NCBI GenBank assembly: GCA_050575255.1 | Contig: JBNZDD010013718.1 | Span: forward strand, 4,955,718 to 5,019,717 | DNA: 64,000 nucleotides | Direction: 5' to 3' | Origin: Harriotta raleighana | Lineage: Eukaryota | In this document: piece after piece, positions 25,865-39,356 of the stretch | How positions within the stretch are numbered: the stretch's first letter is position 1 | Layout of the letters: each line of letters opens with the position of its first letter | Notes under the pieces: model-generated | What the model was told of the DNA's origin: nothing | What the model saw: only the letters and a program-made list of their open reading frames with translations | Databases searched by the model: none | Program-made: the position numbers and the translations under genes

Positions 25865-26200
25865 GTTCACTGGAGCAGAGAGGTTAAGTGGGAACCAAAT
25901 AAGAGTTTTCAAAATTATGAAAGGGTCTGAGAAGGCAAATTGCAAAAGATTTCTTGTATTGGTTAGGACATCGGCAAAAGGGAATCATGTTAGAGAAACA
26001 TAAAGGTAGATGTAGATGTTAACTTCACACAAAGTTTAATTAGAATGTTGAACAAATTGCCAGTGTAACGTTTGAAACCGAGTCAATTGTGTTAGTTAAA
26101 AAAGGAATTAGATAGACAATTGAAGAATAAAAAATGTAAATTGTGGAGAAAGAGGAAGGAAATAGGATTAGAACTCCTTTGGGAGCCTTCATCAGGGCTC
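25865..26200 (+). mobile_element. Old CR1 3' fragment
   Basis: tcactggagcagagaggttaagtgggaaccaaataagagttttcaaaattatgaaaggg resembles the SLEQRRLRGDLIEVFKIMKG motif. Downstream ttcacacaaag...aaggaattagatag resembles FTQRV...KELD. Confidence 0.7.
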
Positions 26201-27489
26201 AGGTGTAATGCCCTATATCTTCACCGAAATTTGTGTTAGAGTTTGTGTATTGGAGGGTGGTTACTGATGTGCAATATATGACACAAAACATTATGCGCAA
26301 ATATTCAAGAGTCATTTTGAATTCAAGCTGCTTGCGCATAGCAAGATAATGAATGGCATGTGGATTGAATTATTTAAATGTCACTTTCAGGTGTACTTTA
26401 AAGTATTGTGTAATTTATGTCGTATGGTGAGTATTAACCATTGACCAGTTGAAAAGTTCAAAAGGGCTAAAACTACCAAAGTCTGCTACTTTCAGAGCAC
26501 TTGGTGCCATTAAACAAAGCATAATTATTTTCACATTCCTATAGCAGTGGACATAGTGTGTAAAATAGCCCCACAAGACATGGTTTAGATTTCATATTAC
26601 AGGATATATTTTACTCTGCAGTATCATAGATTGTAATCGGTGGCCACAATCTTAATTGGCTGTTAATTACATAATTAAGAGCACCTATAATTCCTGCGTA
26701 CGCATGTTAAAGAAGCTCTTAAAATACACCGCAATAGGTTTTGGCAGGTATTTGATGGGATAACTGAATTTGAATATGAAGGAAAGATGTTGGCATGGTC
26801 ACATGAAGCTTGATTTGTAAACTTGTACCCTCCTCATTTGCCTGGTTGATCATTTGGGCTCCCTTCAAGAGAAACTTCTTCTCACAGCTACAATAGTGTT
26901 TATAATCCGTTGAATTGCAAAAGCTCCAGCTCCGTAGCAGTATAGTACATTAACTCCCAAGAGGTCAGGGAGAATAGTACATGAAACATGGACTAGTCTA
27001 AATCGAGGTCTTTAATGATCTTAATTGGCTGCTTAAAATGTTTAAAACCAATGGGGAGGATAAAATGCAATGTTAGTAACTCCAGTGAGAATGCAGAGTA
27101 TATAACTCAGTACAATAGTTTCAAAAATAGTCCCTGTTCTCTATGTACATTTATTCCAAGGTCCACATTGAATAAACTTTACACAAAGGTTAGAATAAAA
27201 CATTGTTTGCTAGAATACACTGTAATGTTTTAGCCAACCATTCTACTGTACTTTTATTGGTGAGCTCTTGTTCTCTATGAGCCTGGAGCAGATTTAATTT
27301 AATTAGCAACAGTGCTGTACAGTTTTAAGCAACTAGTGCATAGAGGTTGCTGTCCCAATAGCCACTGAACAATGGCTGTTCTATTCATTGACCTGGCACA
27401 TCAGACACAAAGCAGCAGAGGCAACATTACCAATCACAGTGTGTGCAAGCTTCCAACCCTCAAGGCTAACCGCAGTTAAATTCCTTGGT

Positions 27490-27925
27490 GAAATTCCCTG
27501 TGCAGCACTCACAATGCAAGTATCGCACTGAATCAATACTCCAGTGGATCAACTTGAAGATTCTTGTTGTGACTTTCAGATCCCTTCGGTGTCTCGACTC
27601 TCCCTGTCTGTGCAATGTCCTCCAACCCAGTGTTGCGGCCTGTATCTTCCTATTCTGATCTCCTGGTTTATTCTGTACTCCCTCCATCTCATCATTGATG
27701 ACCAAGCCTTTCGCCCTCTATAACTCTCCTCGTTCGGCGCTTAATCAATTGCCACAATTGCTACTTTCTTTCTTCTCACCTTCAAGATCTTCCGAGGAGC
27801 ATATCTTTTTGATCGGGCAGTCGGCCAACATTCTATTTTTCCTGCTCGCCATCACATTTGTTAAACTCTTCGTGACGTTCATTCTATGTGAAAGACCTTA
27901 TTATAAGTGCAATTTGCTGCTGCTG
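27490..27925 (+). mobile_element. Old L2 3' fragment
   Basis: QWINLKILVVTFRSLRCLDSPCLCNVLQP resembles the L2 ORF2 RI.FKILLL.FK.L.GLAP.YL motif. Ends gtgaaagaccttattataagtgcaatttgctgctg, an L2-type tail. Confidence 0.7.
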
Positions 27926-29710
27926 ATCCAATCAGTGGCCTATTAGTTGTACCAGCAGTGGTCTGAAATACAAGTTCTTCAGCGTGTAGTCATCGCTTAC
28001 AATTTTTTACCTCAGCCATGGTTACTATCCACAATGGAAATACCTGAACAAAACTGAGCAGCATAGCTGTCAAGGCCCAGTCTTTTTGCTGACTGCAAAG
28101 TGCTGGTGAAGTTGGAAACGTTTGTTATGATCTACAACATGATCAATTTGCCATTCAAGGACAGCCCGCATACACTAAATAAAGTACCGTTGCAATATTT
28201 GATCCTGGTTGGGTCCTGTAATTTCTGCTAAGCTGTACTCTACCAACCTGCTCTCAATCATCAGTGCGCAAGATCAATATCCTGATTGACAAGACTGCCT
28301 AAGAAGAGAGGCTTCCCCAGGTGACTTACTTAATTTTGGTCAGCCCTTCCCATGTTAAGTCAACAACAACAGCAAAGTTACATTTGTAAAGTGCCTTTCG
28401 GGTCGGGAGGATGTTCTAAGGCTCTCAATGTTCATAAATCACAGAGGGTTCATCTTTGATTAATTGCTGGAGAAAGTGTTGATCAATTTACCAACATATA
28501 CAGTCAGGTGATCACATATGTGAATCTCTGCTGGTTGGTAAATGCATGTGCACTGTGAACTTATAATCAATTAGCGGCAGCTTCACATAGTTCATATGTG
28601 TAGAACTAGGAGCCGGTATCCTTGCCTGGAATGATCTCAGGCAAACCTGAACGCTGGCTGGGACAATCTTGAATACTAAGCACTAATTCTCGCATCTGCA
28701 TTAGTGTTGTCAGCAACAATTATTATAATAATGATCCACAGGTGAATCCAGAGGATTTCAAACACTTTTAAGCAAATGAAGGGCTTTACATAAATGCAAA
28801 TTGTTGCAGTTGAGAACCTCTACAGCTCATTTATATTCTTCTCAGCTGCACACAATCTTCCTTCTCAACTTTATCTCACTTCTTTTTTTCCCATTAACCT
28901 TTGATCTGACCCCTGTTTCCAGTTGACCTTCATGAAGAGTTTAGTTACTAGAAGTCAGCCTATTGGGACGTCCTCTCTACGTAAACAGCGCTATTCATAT
29001 GTAATTCTGTTGTTACCCAATATCGTTGAACTGACAAAACAAACTGGGAGAAATTACATTTGCCTCTCTCGCCTCAGCAGCAAATCAAGTTTATTCCCCT
29101 ACCCTCCTCCTTTGCCTTACTTTTCTTTGCATTTAAATCAACATTTCAATCATTAATTTACTTTGCTTGATGATTAAAAGGCAGACCAGTTAGTTGGTTA
29201 ATCAGTAACTGATGTTACTTTCAGGCAAGTACTTAATTGCCTAGATATTTAATTTCTGTTTTTTTCTTGTTGGGTTTTTGCAAAGTATTAGAGCACATGA
29301 AGATGAGAGAATTTGCTGTCAACCCGAGCTAAACAAAATGTTTTCAGTGCATCCAGATTCCTTGCAGACAAATATCTTCTGCCTGTGTAAGGTTGGATGA
29401 ATCTCTGGAGAGATTTGGTGTCTGTCTGTCTAACGTTGTGCTTACACTCTACCTCTGGAGGTGAATTGACACAATTTTGGCAGAGATTCAATCAATATGT
29501 ACATTATACATAAGACTCAGGCAACATATATCACCCAGGAGTCCAACACCTGGCACTAGCTGGAGGAGGTGGTTTTAGTCCAGCTCCACAAGCTATAATG
29601 ATGTTACCTTTATTTTTGTTAAGGTTTGTTTAGAGTAATGTCCCACAAATAGCCAGGAAGTGAGTGACCAATTTGATTTCAATTTGAGTTTATAACAGGA
29701 ACATTGTAGT

Positions 29711-29744
29711 TATACTTGTACTAAATCTATACTTGTACTAAATC
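29711..29744. repeat. Perfect 17-bp tandem duplication
   Basis: tatacttgtactaaatc occurs twice in tandem. Confidence 0.95.
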
Positions 29745-32700
29745 AACAAGCCTTTTTTTTTAACCTGCCCAGGAATGCGAAGAGATAAGCCTTCCCAAGT
29801 ACCAGTGGGAGTTGTAATTAAGTCATTGTTGACTTAATAAGGATTTCAGAGTCGTTGAAGAGGGAAAAAAATTGTGTTTGACCTGCAGTAAGAAAGAGAG
29901 ATTCTTCGATTTGACTTTAGCAACAGAAGAGATGTGAATGTTCCATTTGAGATTACAAGAGGTCAAGAATCTCAACAGATGAAAAGAGGATTAATAGTGA
30001 ATCTATCATTGGTAAAAAGATGATAACACTTGGTTGCACTTACAAAGCCTGAAGCATTGAATAAAAATCTTTTGTTGACCCTTTGAAAGGTGCAATGGAG
30101 ATTGTGATTTAGCGATGCAGCTACTGTCACAAAATAAATATTTTAGCTGTTAGCACTATCAGACACGGCAAGGAATTAAACCAGACATTAATCAAATCTT
30201 CCCAGAATAATATATATTTTTAAATGGAGCGTCTTTGGCTCTGGTTCCTTTGAAATTCAGTCAGTTGCATTTTTCTGATGTGGCCTTTCTGCGTCTCGTC
30301 ACATTAATGGGACAACCTACCGTCAGGTATCATTAATTCAATTTGAATTGATGTCGCCTTCTCTGTGAATGATGTTACAATCAACTCGTCAAACTATCTC
30401 AAAAGGTAATGCAATGCATGTGACGGTGTTACATATTAAAGTATTATTGTGTGTACTCTGCCTTGTGGGGCTTTTGTAATGATCCCTTTACACTTTATGG
30501 TTTGGAGATTTAGAGGTCAATATTACATTAGGTTGACCTTCCTTTAATGATTTAAAGGTTGAAAAGTGGGAGTGGAAAAAAATATAATTTGTTTTAAGAC
30601 AAATTATTTGTATCAAATAATTCGAGGGGCTGAGATTTCCCTGGCTACTCCAGTTCAGTGTCTTTGTTACAGGCATGTATCATACTGTTTGGCAGGACTT
30701 TGTTCTTCAGGTGACATCCTTGCTGTAACCCCATCAATTTTCAGCAAATGTTAACACCATCAACACCCCCCCCCACCACCAGAATGCAGCAAGATTATCA
30801 TTTGCCTGTAAGGTAGACGATAACTCCAATTAGTGTCTGATGAACTAACCATTTTTCCTTTAAATTAATGATGTAAGTGATGAATACTTGATTTAATTGT
30901 GCAATCCACTCAGTCAAAACTCAGAAGGTGACAGCGAAAGAGAGAGAGAAAAACACTTGAATGAATAAAAACACAGCGTATTCTTTTTATCAGTTTCAGT
31001 GAAAGAAATTGGGGGCGAATCATTATCACTTGTGAAATGCCTTCAAATGTTTTATTGCTTTTGCCAAATTGGATGAAGCTACATTTATTTTTCAAGGCTG
31101 ACTTTGGTGAGCTGACTTAATTATCTGTAGTTTCTCTGAAAGAACTGAAGGTGTTTCACTGGGGGGAAAAAAAGATGCAGTTGTGCATCACACAATGGAG
31201 CAGAGATTCAGAAAGGAATGGTCCCAGACTAACAATTACACGATGCTGTAATGTGTCCACAGCGCTGAGAAGAGTGTGTTGTAGACCTGGCCAAGATTCG
31301 TACTTGACTCTAAATTATGTTAATGTTGCATTGCTCAAAGAAAGTGTAATGGCTCTATTTTAACACCATGTCACTGTACATGCACAAATACAGTTGCTGT
31401 GACACCTTCATGTCAATTGCCAGCACTCTTGAGTGACCTTGGCTGATTTGTGGAGGGGAAATAGCATGGCCCTCTTTAATATTTATGAGCATACCATTTA
31501 CATCATTCCCATTATCACCAGGGAGTTTGAAAATGCTGCACAAATAGTGAATGCCAGAGCTCATTGAACACACAAAAAAAAACCTTAAAACCCCATTCTG
31601 TGACCCTAGCTGGCCATTGGACCTTGGGGAAATACTCGTTAAGGAATCTGATTTACACTGCTCTACAATTTCATTGTGGGTTTTCTTCTACTAGTCTATA
31701 GCATTTCGTACTGAAAGATTAAAAATTACATTGCAAATAGTTGCTAGTCTAGGATGTTTTTAATGTTTTTTTCAAAATGCGCAAAACATAGCTCACTACT
31801 GACATGTTTCACAGCTATAGTGTGGTATAAGTGTTTTGTAGAAAACAATATGAGAATACATATGTATATATATGTAAATAAATACACTCACACAGTATAC
31901 ACACATACACTGTAATCTAAGGGGTTGAAAAAAGCATCTCACCTTTTTCTTCTGGAAACCGCATACAGTTAATGCGGATTTAATATTAACAAGACACAAT
32001 GAATCATTGAAAATTTGCTGTTTAAATCAGACCTGATTGTTTAACTCATTCCTTGTCATTTTCCACACAGCCTTCAATGTCATACCAGCGTTAATACATT
32101 TGAATAACCTCACTGCAGTTTCCATTGTCGTCTGCATTATAGGACATTTTAGTATTAGTATGAGAGAGAAATAATTTTGGCACTTAAACTAATTGTCAAT
32201 TCTCTGGTAGAATTTAATCAGAAATATTCATTCGGATTCAATAAACTGATAAAAGCATAAGTAGCTTATCTCTTGTTGAATACGTTACATCTATCTATTC
32301 AGCTGAAGAGAAGGTGTACAGCTATCTGTTTTGCAATACAATGGACAGGGCAGTGGTTATTTCCACAAGAAGTGCGAGAGCTTTACTCCTGAACCCTTCA
32401 GCTGGATAATGATGAGGTGTGAGAGGCAGAACATCAGGTTCTTCATGGAGTTTCCAAGGTAACCGCTCTTGTAGCCTGAAGCAATAGGGAGGCGAGTCCA
32501 CACAAATGGAACCAGGCTGAAGATAACCACATTGCCTACAAGTTCCCAGGATACCATCATTAAGCAAGATGGATTTCTGAATCTAAAATAATGTAGAACC
32601 TGTTTTAATTTTAGTGTCGTTTTTGTTCCTGCTTATGTTTAGATTGCACCAACATTGTTTAGATTTTCACTGTGAGCCCATTTCTGGTACATGTTGTAGG

Positions 32701-35700
32701 GCACCTTTTTGATCTGTTCAGACTCTGAAATTTTTTTTTAAGCTACTGCTCCACAGTGCCTTTGACGTTTCTGCCAGACTGATATGCTTGGCTTGTTTCA
32801 GGCAAATTACAGGCAAAGCTTGCAGTGATTCCCGGCATCAGCAGAAGATGTTGGTGGGGGCGGGGGGGAGAGGAGGGCGCCTTGCTTAGCTCTGCTTTAT
32901 ATTAATGGCAGCAGAACTGCAGCTAACAGAAATCCATTTTGAATTTTTACCTCTCAGAGCTACTTACAGGCAATTTCAAAACCGCTTTGTTTTGCTGCCT
33001 TTCTCATTGTTTTCAAAAATTCCTGAAAAGATCTATCTCTATACCCTGACTTTTGGACATCTCTAAATCTCTCTCATTTTTGCTCGGTGTCAAACACTCA
33101 CTCCCTTTTGTTAACCACTCTGAGACATTCTTTTGCTTAATCTGAGTAATTTAATTGGAAATTATTTGAGGGTTAATATCCTTTAATTATTTGATCCTAC
33201 TTAATCATTTTGGTGGAACAAATCCCATTTATTCAAGGGTGAAGGAAACATATGAAAGAGAGTCAAAGTTACACCTGTCTTTTCTCCAAACAAAAAACCT
33301 TTTATATCCAATGCTATACTGTACAAACAAGATGCACGCTCTAAAATGGATAGAATACAATTGAAATAATTCAATCAGGCTCAATCATTTACAAAGTCAC
33401 CTTGCTTCACAGATTTTACTGTTACCAAAGGCATGGAAATGATACTTTATGATGAAGAAAACATTTAGTTTGTAGTATCATGTAAAGCGTACAATTTTCA
33501 ATCTGTAAAGAATTAAATGTATGAGAGTAGAAGGAACACAAGAACCAAAAGCCAGACACAGAATCATACATGAATTATAATGTGTCTGCTTAAAGGAATA
33601 CTAACCATAATCAGTACACTATGACAAATAAACTGCACTTCTAAGAAAGATTGTATCAGCTTGAATATGAATGATCCACTCGCCACATTCATGGCATTTG
33701 TGGAAAATAATGGCATGAACCAAACAAAGGCTGACCTATTTTAACAGAAAGTAGGACAGTTGCCTTGTTCTGACATTTTTATCTCCCCAAATTCCCTCCT
33801 GTGCTGTGATCTTTCTCCTCTACATTTGACATTGTGATGCTCGGAAACATAGTGTAGCCCAATGCACAAGGGCAGCGTTAAACGCATTGAGGAAAGTACA
33901 AAGAAAATTGCCAATCGCTCCTTTCTTTAAGGTTGTTCAGATAATACCTACATAATACTGTACAGTACGTGAAATTAAGCTAACTACTGTATTGTTTTTG
34001 TACGATTTACCTATTGATTGTAGCCTGGGGATTCCTGTCCCGAGCAAGTGAATCGAATGATTTTTAATTGATTTTATCAGGAGTTAATTGGTGACTGCAG
34101 GTGAGTGATTTTGCAACTGACGTTAATTGAAGCAGCCGAACAGAGTAACTGAAGTGCAGGGCGGCATAATTACAGAATGTTCAGGTTTCAGTGACAGGCT
34201 AAGAAACTTATTGCTGTGCTGCTCTGTGGGGGAGCAATGAGTAGCCTTGTATAGATTTCCATTGTTGAAGTCTGATTCCCCGTTTACAGCGAGACACAGT
34301 ACAGTTGCTACAGTTGGCACTTTTCCAACCTAAAAGAATGCTGGACAACACCATTAGCTTGCTGAATGGCCGTACAAGATGACTTTAGGTGCCAGACTTC
34401 ATTGGTCCATTTGATCCCATCCTTCCACAATACAAACCCAAACGGCATCTCACTGCAGTGTTGGGCTGTCTCAGATGAAAGCTGAGCACTCAGTAAACCA
34501 TTCGTTTTGTTTTGCCATTTCTGCCAATTGAAAAGAATATTGGACTGTTTTCTTCCCTCCTCACTTCTTGAAAATGTTCAACTTTGCTTTCTTTCTATTC
34601 TTTCTATTTCTTTCTGCAGAGATGCTTTTCTGGATAGATATCAGGACCAGGACTAATGTTCCTTTCTGCCTTGGCTCTGATTGTGAAACTGCACAGAATG
34701 GGATTTCAACCTGAAATCTTTTGATCTGTACCGCTAAGTGCTTCACAGCCCTTAACCCACTGAGCCATCAAGGACCCAGAGTCTAATGGCATCAGCGTGA
34801 TTCTGTGAATCATCTAGGGACGACATTGTATTTTTACTTTTACAATTGATCACACAGTTCATGTCACTGTAAAAGTACTTCCTAAAGTACAGGAGTGCAC
34901 TTGATGCTACAATCTCAATCCATCTGACTAATTGCGGACAATTCTCAAAAAATGGGATTCCATTAAAGGGATTGAAAAGAAATGAAAGGGCTAGTCTGCT
35001 ATCCCCAAATGGGCTGTGTGACTATCATTTCATTAATGCCCAGTGGCAAGTGGTCTCTGCCCACACACCAGTTCTTGTAAAGTGCCCGTAGGATTTAACT
35101 CTTCCATGGTCTTTGTATATAAATTGTGGATGGGTTAGGAGGATGTGCCACCGGCATCTGATTTACAGATCTTATTTCAGAAGTGGTGCTGAAATGCATT
35201 GAAAAGCAGTCCTTGATATTTCTTAAGGACTCAATGTTTAACTCCTGTTTTTAATGTTCCACAAACAGCCAAAAGATAATTGAGTTACTTGAGATCTTTA
35301 TTATTCACATAAACAAGCAGACAGCTCCTTGGCTTATTATCTCATCTGATCTTTTTTTTGGTCAGCCTGACACAGTCTGATACATGTAGAAACCCATCAT
35401 CATCCTTAAGACTAACCAAAACAAATTGAGAATTCCATGCATCTCACTCAACACATGTAAATCCCACAGATAGATTGTAGGGATGCACACTGTCTTCCCT
35501 TCCCGGTCCTGCCAATCGGCCAGGCTGGCTGTGCTGTCATCAGCAGAGCCCTGGAGTACTGTGGACCCACCTTGCTTAGGAACTGAACTACCGAGATCCC
35601 CATTAAATGCCTTGATTCCAACATCCCCTGCCAGGCTTGTCATCTTGAAGCCAGTTCAGCTCCAAGGAGACACAGCTTACCTCGTTCCCCCAAGGAGGAT

Positions 35701-35774
35701 AGTCATTCGGCCTTCATGTGTTTAAGTCTCACTAGGTGGATGGCAGGTACAAGGAACTCCCTGCCGGCTTCCAG

Positions 35775-35915
35775 GTGGGCAACGCATCTTATCTGACAAT
35801 GCAATGTTTCCCCAGATTGTCAGCCTAGATATTAAGTTTTAAAGCATGATGTGGCTCTTGAAGGCACAACCTCCTGACTCTGAAGTGAGAGTTTGACCAA
35901 CTGAGCCAGGCTGAT
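35775..35915 (-). mobile_element. SINE tRNA-related head
   Basis: gtcagcctagat...acaacctcctgactctgaagtgagagtttgaccaactgagccaggctga, homologous to 5740-5812. Confidence 0.65.
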
Positions 35916-36989
35916 ACCTGACGGACTGCAGGAGACTCTTGTGCCATTCTTCCCATATGTGAACAATGATTATCGATTGACACTTTTATGAATTAACAAT
36001 ATTTTAGACAGTGAAACCATCAATCATTCCCAGTCAAATAATACAAAACCAGGCTTTCTCTCCTCAGTATAGGATGTGTGACAATAGAATGGCCCATGGT
36101 GATCTACATCATCCTGGTTTGACCTTACAGATGAGGTTAAGCAAGGGGAATATTAGTAAAATCAATCAAAATCATTGAATGTTTTCTTACACACAGCCTG
36201 AATGCACAGAGTCAACAGTGAATGTTGGACTCCATTGCTGTTTCATTCAGCAAAGGAAGTGACTATAATTTCAACCCATTTAACCCATTTTGTCAAGTGA
36301 TGATTAATGAAGGCATTCTTTTAACGTAAGCATAAACATATGGGTTAATGACTGTCTTCCAATTGTCTGACAGTTAATTAGGGAGCCAGTATTATATGGC
36401 ATTATTTTCTGCCACGTGCCAATGTACTGATGTATTACAGATTTTCTATCAGAAAAATATCATCGAGAACAGTGAGTTTGGCCACATGCATTAAGTGTTC
36501 TGTTGTTCACAATGGAAATTATTCAGCTAGGATCATCTTACTGCTATAACTGACTGAGAGGGATGCCTATCACTTGAAGCTAGTCCCCATATCATGCATC
36601 AAAGTTTCCATTAACCATGACTTCCACATGTTATACCTTAATGAAAGTTTCTTGGTACCTAACATGAAAGTTCAGCATCCATCAATGTACTTGTTTGGCA
36701 ATCCACATTCATTTACATGGATTTACATACTGGTGCATCTTTTAGCACAGAACCAAGCCATCCAGCCCAACTAATCCACATTGGTGTTTCTATTCCCTCT
36801 ACATGCAGCTTTGTTCACTCCTTACCCCTCTAATACTCTTCTATTCCTTTCTCCTTCATATGTACATCTAGATTCCTCTTAGAATTATTTATATTGTTTA
36901 TCAATTAATTAAATTGTAAATGGTTGGAAAGCAATTGAAACGGTTTCCAATGTGAGCCTTTGGCTACAACAGCATTCAAAACTTAATGT

Positions 36990-37300
36990 TGAGTGAAGTG
37001 AATAGACAGTAACAGATGCCGCCCCTCATTAAGTTGGCACAGCAGATGGGCAAGGAATGGCAGATGGATTTTAATGTAAATAAATGTAAGGTGCTGCATA
37101 TTGGATTAAGAAACAAGACAGATTTCTACTCAATGCAGGTCTCTCCTTTAGCCGAGATGAAGGAAAAGGATTTGGATATGATTCTAAATTATTCACGGAA
37201 TATTTTCAATCAATTTAGCACTGGCGTCAATCAAACTAATCTGTTACCAGGCTGCATCTCAAAGACGTTTGATTACAAATTGCAAATCAGTCTAATCGGG
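36990..37300 (+). mobile_element. Old CR1 RT-thumb fragment
   Basis: ORF 37016-37306 contains WQMDFNVNKCKVLHIG and EKDL, matching the CR1 ORF2 region after FADD. Confidence 0.8.
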
Positions 37301-39134
37301 GTATGAAAAAACAAAGAAAATGTATATTTGTTGTAGTACCCATAAGGTTGAGCTTCTCATAATGCTGCTTTCCAGTTATTACTAGTCAAATGTAGTGACC
37401 GTTTATTTTAAATGTAGACAAATGTGGCAGCCAATTTGTTCAAGAAAGTTGGACACACACTATATGATCACTTCACTGGCCCTTGAGATCCAGCAGCTTC
37501 TAAACAGGTATCATATCCATTGCATATTGTGTAGTGGGGGTGGAGAGGGTTGGAGAGTCGGAGGAAGTCAAACAAAGAGACAGAGCAACTCAAGAGACAT
37601 TCAGAGAGAGAGAAAAATGTCTGGGGAAGAAGAGTTGGAAGGAGAGAGAGAAAGCAGGGAAGGCACACTGTGATACTCTAATGACAATCCAGCTCGAAAT
37701 GGAAAAGGTTTTTAATTGGCGCTGTAGCCAAATTGTGTTTTGGTCTGTTTTCTTACCCACAATAGAACATGTCCCACTTAGTGGGCAATTGTTTCTCTAC
37801 TATGACAATACCAATTCTAAATAACTCTCGGTAACAGTTTCTACTGCAGTGATTTTAACGCTACATTACAGAAATAAATGTTCACACAAATACTAATACA
37901 ACCATTTTTTCATTATTGTCTCACATTTTATTTTTTGGAGCAAAGTAAGTCAAGATTGAGCTTGAACCTGTGTTGTGACAACAGGAACACATTGTACAAG
38001 CACTGTCCTAAAACAGGCTAAACACATTTATAGACCTCTGAAATTCTTTACTGAGGGGACTTCCCTTTCAAGTTGATTTTGTAATCTTTAAAGCAAAATA
38101 GAAAACAACTTGTGAAACATTGCCATTAAACTCTTCAACGTCTTATTAACTGCAGATACTGCTATGGACATGATACTGACTGAGGAGTAATCAAGCGTAT
38201 CTCTACCTTTCTTCCAGTAAATGTGACAAGGTAATCCTTTGTATTTTATTGGAGGGTTCTATAGTTCCAGCTAGGATTCCTCTATTTACAGCTTTACAGA
38301 TTTGGAGGATAACAATTTTACAGTTTGACATTTATGGGGACAAAACCACTGTGCTGCAGGGTGTAATGTGCAAGCTTTGTTTAATTGGGGTGGCACTTAT
38401 CTGAAGAGATCCTAAACGGTTTAAAGTCCTCAGTGCTTCTTTTTCATGCACAGGCAGATAATGAGCCAAAACGCAAGGCATTCTTCAGCTGGATCCTCAG
38501 CTGTCCTGAATGTCAAGAATAAAACTATTTCTGTAAATCTCAGAATGAAATGGGAATTTAAAGCAATCAATTAGATCGGAATTTTACTCTAGAAAGGCCA
38601 ATCCCTAATACAGAAATGCTGCGAAATCTGACCTGCAATCCAGTTGAAGTAGGATGAAGACTGCTTATAATGTTAAGAATGTTTATATTAGTCAAGACTG
38701 TCTTTAAACTAAGCCATGATGAAAAGACAATGCCATTCATGATTGACGCATATTCCTGTTTAGCATGTTCTTATTACATTAGATAATGCATTATTCTTGA
38801 CATCATTTTGGTTGTGACATCCTCTAACATGATGCATTTCCATTCATTAAAGCATTATCTGATTCAGGGAAATGTGTATGAAAAGAAACATCGATTTGAC
38901 ATGGATTGCATTGTACTTTCCAGCAACATCTTTCCTGCAATTTCTCTGTTGCTCGCACATTGTTTTTACACATTTTTTGAAATAGCTTTTAGAATGTAAA
39001 CTTAAATAAATAAACCCTTCCAGAAATCTTTGTGTTGATATGGACATATTTTGCATGTGATGTGCATATACCATTCTATCACATACAACTTTGTTGCAAG
39101 AATAAAACAGAGTTTGATTGATCAGAATACAGAT

Positions 39135-39356
39135 GATAATAATAATACTAGCAATTACATTTGTTATAGTGCTTTACCACATCATATCTCAGAGATTTTT
39201 TTTACTGTCAAGAGTATTTTGTCGTCAAATGTGGCCGCAAAATTATGGAGTGACAGTGCCTGTCTGCTCTATCAGCTAAAAAACCCAAAGTGGAGCTAGA
39301 ACGCACAAATTTCTGACTTTGAGGCTTGAGTGCCACCAATTGAGCCAGCCTAACAC
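39135..39356 (-). mobile_element. Internally deleted SINE (head and tail both present)
   Basis: (aat)n tail with acatttgttatagtgcttt at the left; ttctgactttgagg...tgccaccaattgagccagcctaaca head at the right. Confidence 0.6.

Noticed and set aside
26175-26200. Hammerhead-like CTGATGA on the minus strand
   Set aside because: Stem II and GAAA are missing and the match is too short to support. Other CTGANGA occurrences that I checked also lacked the full core.
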